Assembly (NCBI GenBank): GCA_946414075.1
Contig: CAMKNA010000008.1
Span: forward strand, 7,687 to 71,686
DNA from: an uncultured Fibrobacter sp.
GTDB taxonomy: Bacteria > Fibrobacterota > Fibrobacteria > Fibrobacterales > Fibrobacteraceae
Direction: 5' to 3'
DNA: 64,000 nucleotides
A program made the translations under genes and the position numbers. Below, one piece after another: positions 37,435 through 46,635 of the stretch. The notes under the pieces are model-generated. The model saw nothing but the letters and a program-made list of their open reading frames with translations, ran no database searches and was not told the DNA's origin. Each line of letters starts with the position of its first letter. Positions within the stretch are counted from its first letter, which is position 1.

Positions 37435-39003
37435 ATGAGTATTTCGATGCAAGATGTGATGAAGCAGTCCGGCGTGGCTTTCGGTACTAGCGGTGCCCGC
37501 GGCTTGGTGACTGCCATGACGGACCGTGTGTGCTATGTGTATGCCCGCTCCTTTATCAAGTACTGTGAGACTAGCTACAAGTGTGAGCACACCATTGCCA
37601 TTGCCGGAGATCTGCGGCCCAGTACGGAGCGCATTTTGAAGGCTCTGGTGAAGGCGGGCGAGGACAGCGCCTGGAAGGTGGTCTATTGCGGTCGCATCCC
37701 GAGCCCGGCCATTGCGCTGTACGGCATTGACAAGGCTCTCCCCACCATCATGGTGACGGGGAGCCATATTCCGGCGGACCGTAATGGCATCAAGTTTAAC
37801 CACCCCCAGGGTGAGATTTCCAAGAAGGACGAACAGGGGATTGTTTCCCAGTCCATAGATTTTGACGAATCGATTTTTGACGATGCCGGAATGCTGAAGT
37901 CGGCACCGGAGTTGCCGGCTGTGGAGGTGGAAGCCGAGAAGAACTATGTGAATCGCTATCCTGCGTTTTTCGGGAGCAAGGCCCTTTCGGGGCTTACCAT
38001 CGGCGTGTACCAGCATTCCGCCGTGGGCCGCGATATCGTGGTGAAGGTCCTGGAAAGCCTGGGTGCCACCGTGAAGCCCTTCGCCAGGAGCGAGACTTTT
38101 ATTCCGGTGGATACCGAAGCCATCCGTAAGGAAGACGAGGACTTGGCCCGGGACTTTGCCCATAAGGATTTTGTGGACGCCATCTTCAGTACCGACGGGG
38201 ATTCCGACCGCCCGCTCTTGGCAGACGATACCGGCATGTGGCTCAGGGGCGACGTGCTGGGCATCCTGGCTGCCCAGGCGCTGGGTATCCAGCGCATTGC
38301 AACTCCGGTGAGTTGCAACACATCGCTTGAAAAGTCTGGCAGCTTTGAGAAGATCTGCCGCACCCGTATCGGCAGCCCCTATGTGATTGCCGGCATGGAA
38401 AGCCTGGTGGATGTCTCTGACAAGTCCGTGTCTGTGGCGGGTTACGAGGCCAACGGCGGCTTCTTACTGCAGACGGACCTGACCCGGGAATTTGTGGAAC
38501 GCGACAGCAGTGGTAACGAGACGCGCACGACCCGCACTCTCCCGGCGCTCCCCACCCGCGATGCCCTGCTCCCGATGCTCGCCGTGATGGTGCGTGTCCG
38601 GGAAGAACGGATGTGCGTGGTGGACCTGCTGAAGAAGCTTCCCAGGCGTTTTACGCTCAGCGACCGTCTCAAGGAATTCCCCACCGAGATTTCAAAGGCA
38701 AAGCTTGCCGAAATTCGGGAACAGAAGCTGGGCCAAAAGTTGTTCGGCGCCCTTACCGCAAAGCCAAGCCGTTTTGCAAAGCCCGATGCCAATGGTAACA
38801 TGCCCGCCCCTTTCCACGGCGATATCGTCTCCATCGACGAGACCGACGGTTACCGCATGGAGTTCGATTCCGGCGATATTGTGCACTTGCGCCCCAGCGG
38901 TAACGCCCCGGAGTTCCGGTGCTATGTGGAAACGGGCGACAAGGAACGCTCCGCTGAACTCCTGGCTGGCTGCATGAAAATCATGGAAGGTTGGCGGAAA
39001 TAG
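37435..39003 (+). CDS. Phosphomannomutase / phosphoglucomutase
   Basis: FGTSGARG, TGSHIP, DGDSDR, GYEANGG, RPSGNAPE. Confidence 0.94.
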   Translation: MSISMQDVMKQSGVAFGTSGARGLVTAMTDRVCYVYARSFIKYCETSYKCEHTIAIAGDLRPSTERILKALVKAGEDSAWKVVYCGRIPSPAIALYGIDKALPTIMVTGSHIPADRNGIKFNHPQGEISKKDEQGIVSQSIDFDESIFDDAGMLKSAPELPAVEVEAEKNYVNRYPAFFGSKALSGLTIGVYQHSAVGRDIVVKVLESLGATVKPFARSETFIPVDTEAIRKEDEDLARDFAHKDFVDAIFSTDGDSDRPLLADDTGMWLRGDVLGILAAQALGIQRIATPVSCNTSLEKSGSFEKICRTRIGSPYVIAGMESLVDVSDKSVSVAGYEANGGFLLQTDLTREFVERDSSGNETRTTRTLPALPTRDALLPMLAVMVRVREERMCVVDLLKKLPRRFTLSDRLKEFPTEISKAKLAEIREQKLGQKLFGALTAKPSRFAKPDANGNMPAPFHGDIVSIDETDGYRMEFDSGDIVHLRPSGNAPEFRCYVETGDKERSAELLAGCMKIMEGWRK

Positions 39004-39060
39004 AAAAAAATGCTAATTTAAAGGCATCATGGATCACTCTAATGATTCAGAAGGAGTTAT

Positions 39061-40236
39061 ATGAACCTGACACGCTATTCTTTTGGACTTGCTGCATGCG
39101 CAATTCTCGTAGCCTGCGGAAGCAATGCTCCGCAGCCTGCAGTGGAACCCGCTGAACCTGCAGCCGCCCCCGCTCCCCAGGTTTCCCTGGATAGCGCCGT
39201 GGACCGCTACAGCTATGCCTTGGGCATGGATTTGGGTAAGGCCATAGCCAATATAAATGTGCCAGTCAAGATGGATGTGCTGATGCTTGCCATCCAGGAC
39301 GAAGTGGATCCTGCCCGCAAGGCGCTCCTGTCTGATTCCGCTTCGGAATCTGCCTTGCAGGACCTGCTGCTCCGTATGCAGAAGCAGAAGGAAGACGACG
39401 AGAAGGCCGCCGCCGCCAAGGCCCTGGAAGACCAGGCCGCGTTCCTGGCCAAGAACATCCAGGATTCTACGGTGAAGGTCACGCCCAAGGGCGTTCAGTA
39501 CCGCGTGCTCAAGGCCGGTACGGGCATTTCCCCCAAGGTGACGGACAAGGTCCAGGTGCACTACATCGGTGCCTTGCTGGATGGGACCCAGTTTGACAAT
39601 AGTGTCAAGCGTGGCGAACCTTTGGAATTCCCCGTGGGCGCTGTCATCGAAGGCTGGCAGGACTTGCTCCAGGCTATGAAGGAAGGCGACAAGGTGAAGG
39701 CCTGGATTCCTAGCGCTCTCGCCTATGGCGAAGCTGGCGTTCCGCCTACCATTCCTGGAAACGCCCTGTTGATTTTTGAAGTGGAGCTTCTGAAGGTCTA
39801 TGCGGAAGTGCCGCCTGCTGCTGAAGCTGATTCTGCGGCGGTTCCTGCCGACAGTGCCACTGCTGCTCCTGCTGATCCTGCCAAGGCTGCCGCTCCTGCG
39901 GATACTACCGCCAAGGCCGAAGCCAAGCCTGCCGCAGCCGCTCCTGCCGACACGACGAAGGCTGCGCCTTCTAAGGCCGCCCCTGCTGCCGCCAAGCCCG
40001 AAGCTAAGGCAGAAGCCAAGCCTGCCGCAGAAGCTGCTCCTGCCGCTAGCGCTACCGCCCCTGCTCCAGAAGCCAAGCCTGCCGCAGAAGCCGCCCCTGC
40101 TGCCGCCAAGCCCGAAGCTAAGGCAGAAGCCAAGCCCGCTGCTGCCGCTCCTGCCGCAAAGGCTGCTCCCGCTGCTAAACCCGCTGCAGCACCGGCAAAA
40201 GCCGCTCCTGCCGCCAAACCGGCTGCCAAGCAATAA
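39061..40236 (+). CDS. FKBP-type peptidyl-prolyl isomerase lipoprotein (FkpA/Mip-like) with long Ala/Pro/Lys tail
   Basis: Lipobox LVAC; SYALG; VHYIG..DGTQFDNS, VIEGW, IPSALAYG, LIFEVELL. Confidence 0.93.
   Translation: MNLTRYSFGLAACAILVACGSNAPQPAVEPAEPAAAPAPQVSLDSAVDRYSYALGMDLGKAIANINVPVKMDVLMLAIQDEVDPARKALLSDSASESALQDLLLRMQKQKEDDEKAAAAKALEDQAAFLAKNIQDSTVKVTPKGVQYRVLKAGTGISPKVTDKVQVHYIGALLDGTQFDNSVKRGEPLEFPVGAVIEGWQDLLQAMKEGDKVKAWIPSALAYGEAGVPPTIPGNALLIFEVELLKVYAEVPPAAEADSAAVPADSATAAPADPAKAAAPADTTAKAEAKPAAAAPADTTKAAPSKAAPAAAKPEAKAEAKPAAEAAPAASATAPAPEAKPAAEAAPAAAKPEAKAEAKPAAAAPAAKAAPAAKPAAAPAKAAPAAKPAAKQ
39976..40136 (+). repeat. 47-bp exact direct repeat in the FKBP tail (39976-40022 and 40090-40136)
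   Basis: GCCGCCCCTGCTGCCGCCAAGCCCGAAGCTAAGGCAGAAGCCAAGCC twice, 114 bp apart. Confidence 0.85.
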
Positions 40237-40258
40237 ACGGTCGTAGGCAAGTTTTAGT

Positions 40259-40285
40259 AAAGGCGCAGGTCACCCTGCGTCTTTT
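40259..40285 (+). terminator. Intrinsic terminator
   Basis: AAAGGCGCAGG-TCAC-CCTGCGTCTTTT. Confidence 0.8.
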
Positions 40286-40316
40286 GTTATAGGTGAGATT
40301 TATTATCTTTTGAATC

Positions 40317-41675
40317 ATGAGCAATACTGTGTCCGATTTCTATTCCCAGCATTTCGAAGTTTCCGGGTTCATCCGGGAAGTCTTCGGCTATATGGACCGG
40401 TTCAAGGGCCAGCTCTTTGTACTGAAGATTGAAGACGGCCTTATGGACCACCCGCTGTTCCCTGTGCTCATGCGGGACATCGCCCTGTTGCACAAGGCGG
40501 GAATCCGAATCATTATCGTGCCGGGAACCAGGAACAGCATTGACGCCCAGCTGAAGGCTTGGGAAATCGAGTCCAAGTTTGAAGGTGGGGTGCGGCTTAC
40601 CAGTGAAGAGGCCCTGCCGCTGATTGAGCAGGCGTCTCTGGGCGTTGCCCAGCGGATTATGAGCCACCTGACGGCCAGCGGCCTGAGCGGTATCCAGGGA
40701 AACTGGGTGCTGGCCCGGAGCCTTGGTGTTATCGATGGGGTGGACTACATGCGGACCGGCCGGATTGAACGGATTCAGCGGGATATCCTGGAGCAGCTTC
40801 TGAACGAGAAGTTCGTACCCATCATTCCCCCCATTGGCTGGAACAAGCTGGGGCAGGCCTACAACATTAGCTCTACCGAACTGGCTACGGAACTCTGCAA
40901 GTACATGCAGGTGGGCAAGCTGTTCTTTATCGGTAGCGAAAACGGTATCAAGCTGGATGGCCTTGCCACAGGCAAGAATACCAACTATTTGGAACCTACG
41001 GATAGTGGCGTGATTTCGGCCCTGGATGTGGACCAGGCTAAGGAACTGCTGGAACTGAATGCCGAAAAGCTGAACTTTGCCCAGAAGGATTATTTGCAGA
41101 ATGCCATCAACGCCTGTGAGGCGGGAGCGAACCGTGTTCACCTGCTGAGCGGTGAGTTCCAGGGCAGCGTACTGCAAGAAGTATTTAGTGCCCGGGGTGA
41201 CGGTACCATGGTGTACGCCAACCAGTATTCCAGTATCCGGCCCGCCAACATGGAAGACATTCCCGACATTCTGCGGATTATGCAGGACTATATCGCGAAG
41301 GGCTACCTTGTGCCCCGGACTCAGGAGAGCATTTCCGAAAAGCTCAAGGATTATGTGGTGTACAGCATCGACAACAGCATCCACGGCTGCGGCGCCCTCC
41401 ACGAATTCGAGAACGGTATGGCCGAAGTGGCCGCCATCGCCGTGGCTGCCAACTATCGCAAGTCCGGCATCGGGGACGCTATCGTGCGGCACCTGATCTC
41501 TGTGGGCCGCATGAAGGGCTACAAGAAGCTGTTCCTGCTGACCACCCAGGCTTTGGACTGGTTCTATCCCTTTGGATTTGAGGACGGCTCCGTAGAGGAT
41601 TTGCCCAAGAGCAAGCGGGAACATTACAACGCCAAGCGGAAGTCGCGTATCTTGATTATGCCGCTGGAAAAATGA
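40317..41675 (+). CDS. argA: Amino-acid N-acetyltransferase (N-acetylglutamate synthase)
   Basis: N-terminal AAK domain (GVDY..TG) plus C-terminal GNAT domain (GCGAL, YRKSGIG, LTTQ..WF, RKSRI). Confidence 0.92.
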   Translation: MSNTVSDFYSQHFEVSGFIREVFGYMDRFKGQLFVLKIEDGLMDHPLFPVLMRDIALLHKAGIRIIIVPGTRNSIDAQLKAWEIESKFEGGVRLTSEEALPLIEQASLGVAQRIMSHLTASGLSGIQGNWVLARSLGVIDGVDYMRTGRIERIQRDILEQLLNEKFVPIIPPIGWNKLGQAYNISSTELATELCKYMQVGKLFFIGSENGIKLDGLATGKNTNYLEPTDSGVISALDVDQAKELLELNAEKLNFAQKDYLQNAINACEAGANRVHLLSGEFQGSVLQEVFSARGDGTMVYANQYSSIRPANMEDIPDILRIMQDYIAKGYLVPRTQESISEKLKDYVVYSIDNSIHGCGALHEFENGMAEVAAIAVAANYRKSGIGDAIVRHLISVGRMKGYKKLFLLTTQALDWFYPFGFEDGSVEDLPKSKREHYNAKRKSRILIMPLEK

Positions 41676-42265
41676 TGAACACTCTTGAAGCCATAAAAAC
41701 CCGTCGAAGCACTCGCAAGTTCAAGGCGCTGCCTGTTGAAAAAGAAAAGCTGCAGACAATCGTCGAAGCTGGTCGTTTTGGGCCCACCGGTGGCAATGCT
41801 CAGACGAACCACTTCTTCGTGATTTCGGATGCTGCGGTGGTTGCGAAACTCAAGGAGCTTGTGCAGGCTGCGTTTGCGAAGATGGAACTCCGCGAAGACT
41901 TGTACAAGAGTCTCAAGAATTCCATTACGCTTTCGCGCAAGGGGAACTATTCCTTCTGTTATACGGCGCCTGTACTTATCGTGGTGGCGAACAAGAAGGA
42001 ATACGGCAACAACATGGCCGATGTGGCCTGCGCCGTGGAGAACATGATGCTTGCTGCCAACGAGCTTGACTTAGGCAGTTGCTACATCAATCAGCTCAAG
42101 TGGCTGAACGAGGACCCGACGATTCTCGAGTACTTGCGCGGCTTTGGCCTGCGTGAAGACGAGCGCGTGTACGCTTCTGTTGCCATCGGTTATGCTGATA
42201 CCGAGACCGGGCTCCCGAACAGGAATGAATCTCCCCGTACCGGCAACGAAGTGGTGTTTGTGTAA
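41672..42265 (+). CDS. Nitroreductase family protein
   Basis: IKTRRSTRKF, PTGGNAQ, NMMLAA..LGSCYI. Confidence 0.92.
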   Translation: MMNTLEAIKTRRSTRKFKALPVEKEKLQTIVEAGRFGPTGGNAQTNHFFVISDAAVVAKLKELVQAAFAKMELREDLYKSLKNSITLSRKGNYSFCYTAPVLIVVANKKEYGNNMADVACAVENMMLAANELDLGSCYINQLKWLNEDPTILEYLRGFGLREDERVYASVAIGYADTETGLPNRNESPRTGNEVVFV

Positions 42266-42277
42266 AAGGATAGTAAG

Positions 42278-42844
42278 ATGAATTTGAAGATGATGGAAGA
42301 TGGTTTCCGGATGATTCTCACCGGCATGGGCGAGAACCCGGACCGCGAAGGCCTTGTGGAAACGCCCCGCCGTGTGGCGAAGATGTATGCCGAACTGATG
42401 ACGGGGCTTTCTGGCGAGATGCGGGCCGAAGACATCTTGAAGACTCGATTTCACGAGAAGTACGATGAGATGATTATCGTTCCGGACATCGAGTTTGCTA
42501 GCATGTGCGAACATCATTTTCTGCCGTTTACGGGAAAGGCCCATGTGGCCTATATCCCGGGAGACTGTGTGGTAGGTCTTTCCAAGATTCCGCGCGTGGT
42601 GGAATACTATGCCCGTTTCCCGCAGATCCAGGAACGCATGACCCGTCAGATTGCGGAACTTATCCAGAAGGAACTGAACCCGCGTGGAGTGGCGGTTGTG
42701 CTTGAAGCGTCTCACATGTGCATGACCATGCGCGGTGTGAAAAAGCCTGGAGCTACCATGGTCACGACCCAGCTTTTAGGCCGTTTCAAGACCGACGAGA
42801 AGACCCGTGCCGAGTTCATGTCTAGGATTTACGCCCCGCGGTAG
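42278..42844 (+). CDS. folE: GTP cyclohydrolase I
   Basis: [41 protein letters not shown]. Confidence 0.97.
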   Translation: MNLKMMEDGFRMILTGMGENPDREGLVETPRRVAKMYAELMTGLSGEMRAEDILKTRFHEKYDEMIIVPDIEFASMCEHHFLPFTGKAHVAYIPGDCVVGLSKIPRVVEYYARFPQIQERMTRQIAELIQKELNPRGVAVVLEASHMCMTMRGVKKPGATMVTTQLLGRFKTDEKTRAEFMSRIYAPR

Positions 42845-42883
42845 TTTTTGTATAATTATTTGTGGAGGGAATGGAGTCGTCTT

Positions 42884-44113
42884 ATGAACGCTGCAATTTT
42901 GACTAACGAATTTCCACCGGAAATCTATGGCGGTGCAGGTATCCATGTCAAGTTCCTGACCCAGGAGCTGGCAAAGCTTTGCCATATCGAGGCGCGCTGT
43001 TTTGGTACGCAGAATGTGGATGAGAACAACATCCATGCGCTAGGCTTTTCCCGCAAGCTGGGGCTGAACCCTGAAGACGACCGGTTCCAGAAGATTTTCA
43101 AGCCGTTGGATATCAACCTCCAGTGGGCGGCCGCTCTCAAGGATATAGATGTGATCCACTGCCATACATGGTACAGCCATTTTGGCGGTGTGCTGGCCAG
43201 CCGGCTTTTACAGTGCCCGCTGATACTTACTACCCATTCCCTGGAACCCCACCGTCCGTGGAAGGCTGAACAGCTGGGCGATGGCGGTTACGCCATGAGT
43301 TGCTGGATTGAACGCACGGCCTACGAGGCTGCCGACGGCGTGATTGCGGTAAGCCAGGGCATGAAGCAGGATGTGATGAAGCTTTATGGTGTTCCTGAGG
43401 ACCGTGTGAAGGTGATTTACAACGGCATCGACCCGGACTTCTACGCGCCGACCTTCAACGAAGCCGTTCTTGAAAAATGGGGTGTGGACCCGAAGCGCCC
43501 CTATGTGCTGTTTGTGGGCCGCATTACCCGCCAGAAGGGCATCAGTCAGCTGATCCAGGCAATCCCGCAGATTGACAAGTCTGCCCAGGTGGTGCTTTGC
43601 GCGGGCGCTCCCGACACCATCGAACTTGCCGATGAATGCAAGGCCCTTATCGAGAATGTGCAGAAGACCCGCGATGGCGTGGTTTGGATTCAGGAGGCGG
43701 TCCCTCACGAGGAACTCCGCGTGCTTTATAGCCACGCGACTGTATTTGCCACACCTTCGCTCTACGAACCTTTTGGCATTATCAACCTGGAAGCCATGAG
43801 CTGCGGTACCCCTGTGGTGGGTAGCGCTGTGGGCGGCATCCCCGAAATCATCGTGGATGGCGAGACCGGATTCCTGGTGCCCCTGAAGCATGTCTCCGAA
43901 ACGGACTTTGACCCGGCGGACCCCAAGGCATTCCAGTCGGACTTTGCAAGTAAGCTGAACAAGATTCTCGAGAATCCTGAGCTGGCGAAGAAGATGGGCG
44001 AGGTGAGCCGCAAGCGGGCCATCGATGTGTTCAGCTGGAAGTCCATTGCCAAGCAGACCTACGACTTCTATGCCGAATGCATCGAGCGCTACAAGCGCGA
44101 AGGCAAACGGTAG
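42884..44113 (+). CDS. glgA: GT4 glycogen-synthase-like enzyme of the actinobacterial GlgA/GlgM type
   Basis: EFPPEIYGGAGIHV, HCHTWY, HSLEPHRPWKAEQLG.GGY..S.W.E, FVGRITRQKG, YEPFGIINLEAM. Confidence 0.88.
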   Translation: MNAAILTNEFPPEIYGGAGIHVKFLTQELAKLCHIEARCFGTQNVDENNIHALGFSRKLGLNPEDDRFQKIFKPLDINLQWAAALKDIDVIHCHTWYSHFGGVLASRLLQCPLILTTHSLEPHRPWKAEQLGDGGYAMSCWIERTAYEAADGVIAVSQGMKQDVMKLYGVPEDRVKVIYNGIDPDFYAPTFNEAVLEKWGVDPKRPYVLFVGRITRQKGISQLIQAIPQIDKSAQVVLCAGAPDTIELADECKALIENVQKTRDGVVWIQEAVPHEELRVLYSHATVFATPSLYEPFGIINLEAMSCGTPVVGSAVGGIPEIIVDGETGFLVPLKHVSETDFDPADPKAFQSDFASKLNKILENPELAKKMGEVSRKRAIDVFSWKSIAKQTYDFYAECIERYKREGKR

Positions 44114-44124
44114 TTGTCCGAAAA

Positions 44125-44148
44125 ATCATCCCGATGCATATCGGGATC
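44125..44148. repeat. REP-like palindrome between convergent genes
   Basis: ATCATCCCGAT-GCAT-ATCGGGATC. Confidence 0.55.
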
Positions 44149-44154
44149 AGCTTT

Positions 44155-46011
44155 TTATTTGTGAGAAATAATCTCTTCCACAATCCCGTCAACGGTTAAA
44201 AGCTCCGGCAGTACAATCTGTCGGCTTGCATCTCCGGCGGGGTAAATGGCGTAGGCGGGCACGCCTGACTTTTCCATGCTCTGCAGCAGGGCGTTCACTT
44301 CCGGCGTTTCGCGGGTCCAGTCGGCCTTGACCAGGGCGACATTCAGGCTGTCCATGGCGCGGATAAAGTCGTCATCGTCAAGGACGGCGGCTTCGTTGGC
44401 CTTGCAGGTGAGACACCAGTCGGCGGTTACATCTATGAATACGGTGCGTTTTGCCTTGGCAAATTCTTCGATGAGCGTGGGGCTGTAGCGGAACCACCCG
44501 TCTTCGGTCATCTTTTCTTGTAGGCGTGCATTGAAGGCTGCTGTGGCGGCCTTCTCGTATTCGGGAGAAATGCCTGCAAACCAGAGCGAGAACAGGGCGA
44601 CTGCGCTGAGAATAATTACAGCAACTTCGCGAATGAAGGCAGTTCCCGGTTTTGCGAATTTCCCAAGCAGTACGGAACAGACGATACTTGCGATAGCGAT
44701 AGCCGCGAAAAGTTCCACGCCTGTAATTCCCGCCTGCTCGCTTACAATCCAGAAAAGCCAACCCACAGAGGCGAGCAGCAAGATTCCCATCACGCGTTGC
44801 AGATGCACCATCCATACGCCGGGTTTCGGGAATACTTTGAGGATACTGGGGAAGGCGCTGACCAACATGTAGGGGAGGGCAAGACCCAGTCCTGCGGCAG
44901 TAAAGAACAGGAATAATATGGGCGTGGTCTGTGCGAAGGCGAATCCCATGGCTGTTCCCAGGAGGGGCGCGGAGCAGGGGGTGCTCAGAAGCACCAGTAG
45001 GGCCCCTGTGAAGAAGGCGCCTGCAATTCCAGCCTTCTGTCCAGCCGCATCCATTTTGGTGGTGGCAATCCACGGAAGCCAAATTTCAAAGACTCCGAAA
45101 AAGCTCATGGCGAATGCAGTCAATATGACTACCATGAAGGCGATAAAGCCTGCGCTCTGGAACTGCATCCCCCAACCCGCGGACCCGCCGCCGGCCTTGA
45201 CGGCGGCGACAACGGCGGCTAGCACCCAGAAACTCGCCAGGATCCCCGCCGTTGTGGCTCCTCCCAGGGCGAGGAGCCGTCCGCGGATTTCTCCCGCCTG
45301 TCTGATAAGGCCGAACAGCTTGAGTGAAAGCACCGGCAGCACGCAGGGCATTAGGTTCAGGATTATCCCGCCGGCAAAGGCGAAGAAGAGCAGGAGGGCG
45401 ATACCTGCAGAAGGCGCGTCGGTTCTTTCTTTACCCTTATTTATTTCCAGGTCGTTTTTTTTTATGTCGGCCTTCGGGGTTGATGTGCCGATAGCACCTT
45501 CATTTGCTTGGCTGTCCAGCGAAATGGTTTTGCTTGCCGGCGCTAGACAGATGGAATTGTCGCAGGCTTGGTAATTGAATGTGACCGTGGTTCCCAGGCT
45601 GTCGTAGCTCGAGCCATCTACGCCCTTTACGGGAACTCTGACGCTGAATGTTCCGCGGAAGGTCCAAATTTCCAGTTCAAGAGCCTCGTTGTATTCCTTG
45701 ATAGGTTCGGGCCATTCGGGTTCGCCGAATTCAATACCTTCTGCCTTGACCACTACGGACGAGGGCTTCAAGAATTCATCGGTGACTTTGTTTGCATTTA
45801 CATGCCACTTGTCGGGAACGGTTACGGTTACGGTCAGGACCCCATTATCCTTTAATGCCCCTGCCGAATATTCCATTTCCATTTTTGGTGGCGGCATGGA
45901 GTTCATATTGAATTCTTGGGCGATGGCCGCCGTGGCGAGCAGCAACAGTAGGCAACAACATTTTGCAAAAAGGTAACAGTTGTTTGAATCTTGACAACAG
46001 TTGTTTGCCAT
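44155..46011 (-). CDS. dsbD: Thiol:disulfide interchange protein DsbD family
   Basis: YQACDNSIC (alpha), LNLMPCVLP and STPCSAP (beta), ADWCLTC (gamma). Start is 46011 or 46047. Confidence 0.92.
   Translation of the reverse strand: MANNCCQDSNNCYLFAKCCCLLLLLATAAIAQEFNMNSMPPPKMEMEYSAGALKDNGVLTVTVTVPDKWHVNANKVTDEFLKPSSVVVKAEGIEFGEPEWPEPIKEYNEALELEIWTFRGTFSVRVPVKGVDGSSYDSLGTTVTFNYQACDNSICLAPASKTISLDSQANEGAIGTSTPKADIKKNDLEINKGKERTDAPSAGIALLLFFAFAGGIILNLMPCVLPVLSLKLFGLIRQAGEIRGRLLALGGATTAGILASFWVLAAVVAAVKAGGGSAGWGMQFQSAGFIAFMVVILTAFAMSFFGVFEIWLPWIATTKMDAAGQKAGIAGAFFTGALLVLLSTPCSAPLLGTAMGFAFAQTTPILFLFFTAAGLGLALPYMLVSAFPSILKVFPKPGVWMVHLQRVMGILLLASVGWLFWIVSEQAGITGVELFAAIAIASIVCSVLLGKFAKPGTAFIREVAVIILSAVALFSLWFAGISPEYEKAATAAFNARLQEKMTEDGWFRYSPTLIEEFAKAKRTVFIDVTADWCLTCKANEAAVLDDDDFIRAMDSLNVALVKADWTRETPEVNALLQSMEKSGVPAYAIYPAGDASRQIVLPELLTVDGIVEEIISHK
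45954..46007. repeat. Direct repeats with 21-bp period (AACAGTTGTTTG twice plus one degenerate copy)
   Basis: Copies at 45975-86 and 45996-46007; AACAACATTTTG at 45954-65. Confidence 0.7.
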
Positions 46012-46073
46012 TTTTTCAAAAATTCGTTTTTTAAAGTCTAATTTCATAAATTTGCGCCGTCAAAAAAAGACGG

Positions 46074-46616
46074 ATGGGGACAATGATGCAAATGGACACT
46101 CAAAAAGATAAAAAAGCGGACAAATGGGTAAACGAGGTGTGGAATACATATTCCCCACAAATTTACAATTTATGCAGGATGAACTGCGACGATAAAGAGG
46201 ATGCAAAGGATGTTTTTCAGAATGTTGCGTTGCGCTTTTGTCAAAATGCCAAAAAAATTAAGTATAGGGATTCCGTTTATCCCTGGTTGTTTCAGGTTTT
46301 TAAAAATTGCTTTTATGACTATGTGAGATTCAGGCAAAGGTTGTCTCCCTTTTCTAGGGTTGCGGATACCGTGGGCGACTATACGGCTCTACCGGCGGAA
46401 AAGTCTGTCTTTTACAAGGCTGGAAATCAGGAGAACGATGAACTGAACAGGGCTGTGGGCACTCTTTCCACCAGGGATAGGGAGCTGATAGACATGATTT
46501 TTCAAAAGGGGCTGTCGACGAACGAACTGAGCGCCCATTATGGAGTCTCATTCAATGCCATTATCAAAAGAAGACATTCGGCTATAAAAAGGGCTAAAAA
46601 AGCATTGTTAGGGTAA
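46074..46616 (+). CDS. ECF-type RNA polymerase sigma factor
   Basis: Region 2 DAKDVFQNV..WLFQVFKNCFYDYVR; region 4 LSTRDRE..GLSTNELS. Exact start uncertain. Confidence 0.85.
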   Translation: MGTMMQMDTQKDKKADKWVNEVWNTYSPQIYNLCRMNCDDKEDAKDVFQNVALRFCQNAKKIKYRDSVYPWLFQVFKNCFYDYVRFRQRLSPFSRVADTVGDYTALPAEKSVFYKAGNQENDELNRAVGTLSTRDRELIDMIFQKGLSTNELSAHYGVSFNAIIKRRHSAIKRAKKALLG

Positions 46617-46635
46617 ATCTTTTTTGTAATTTTGG

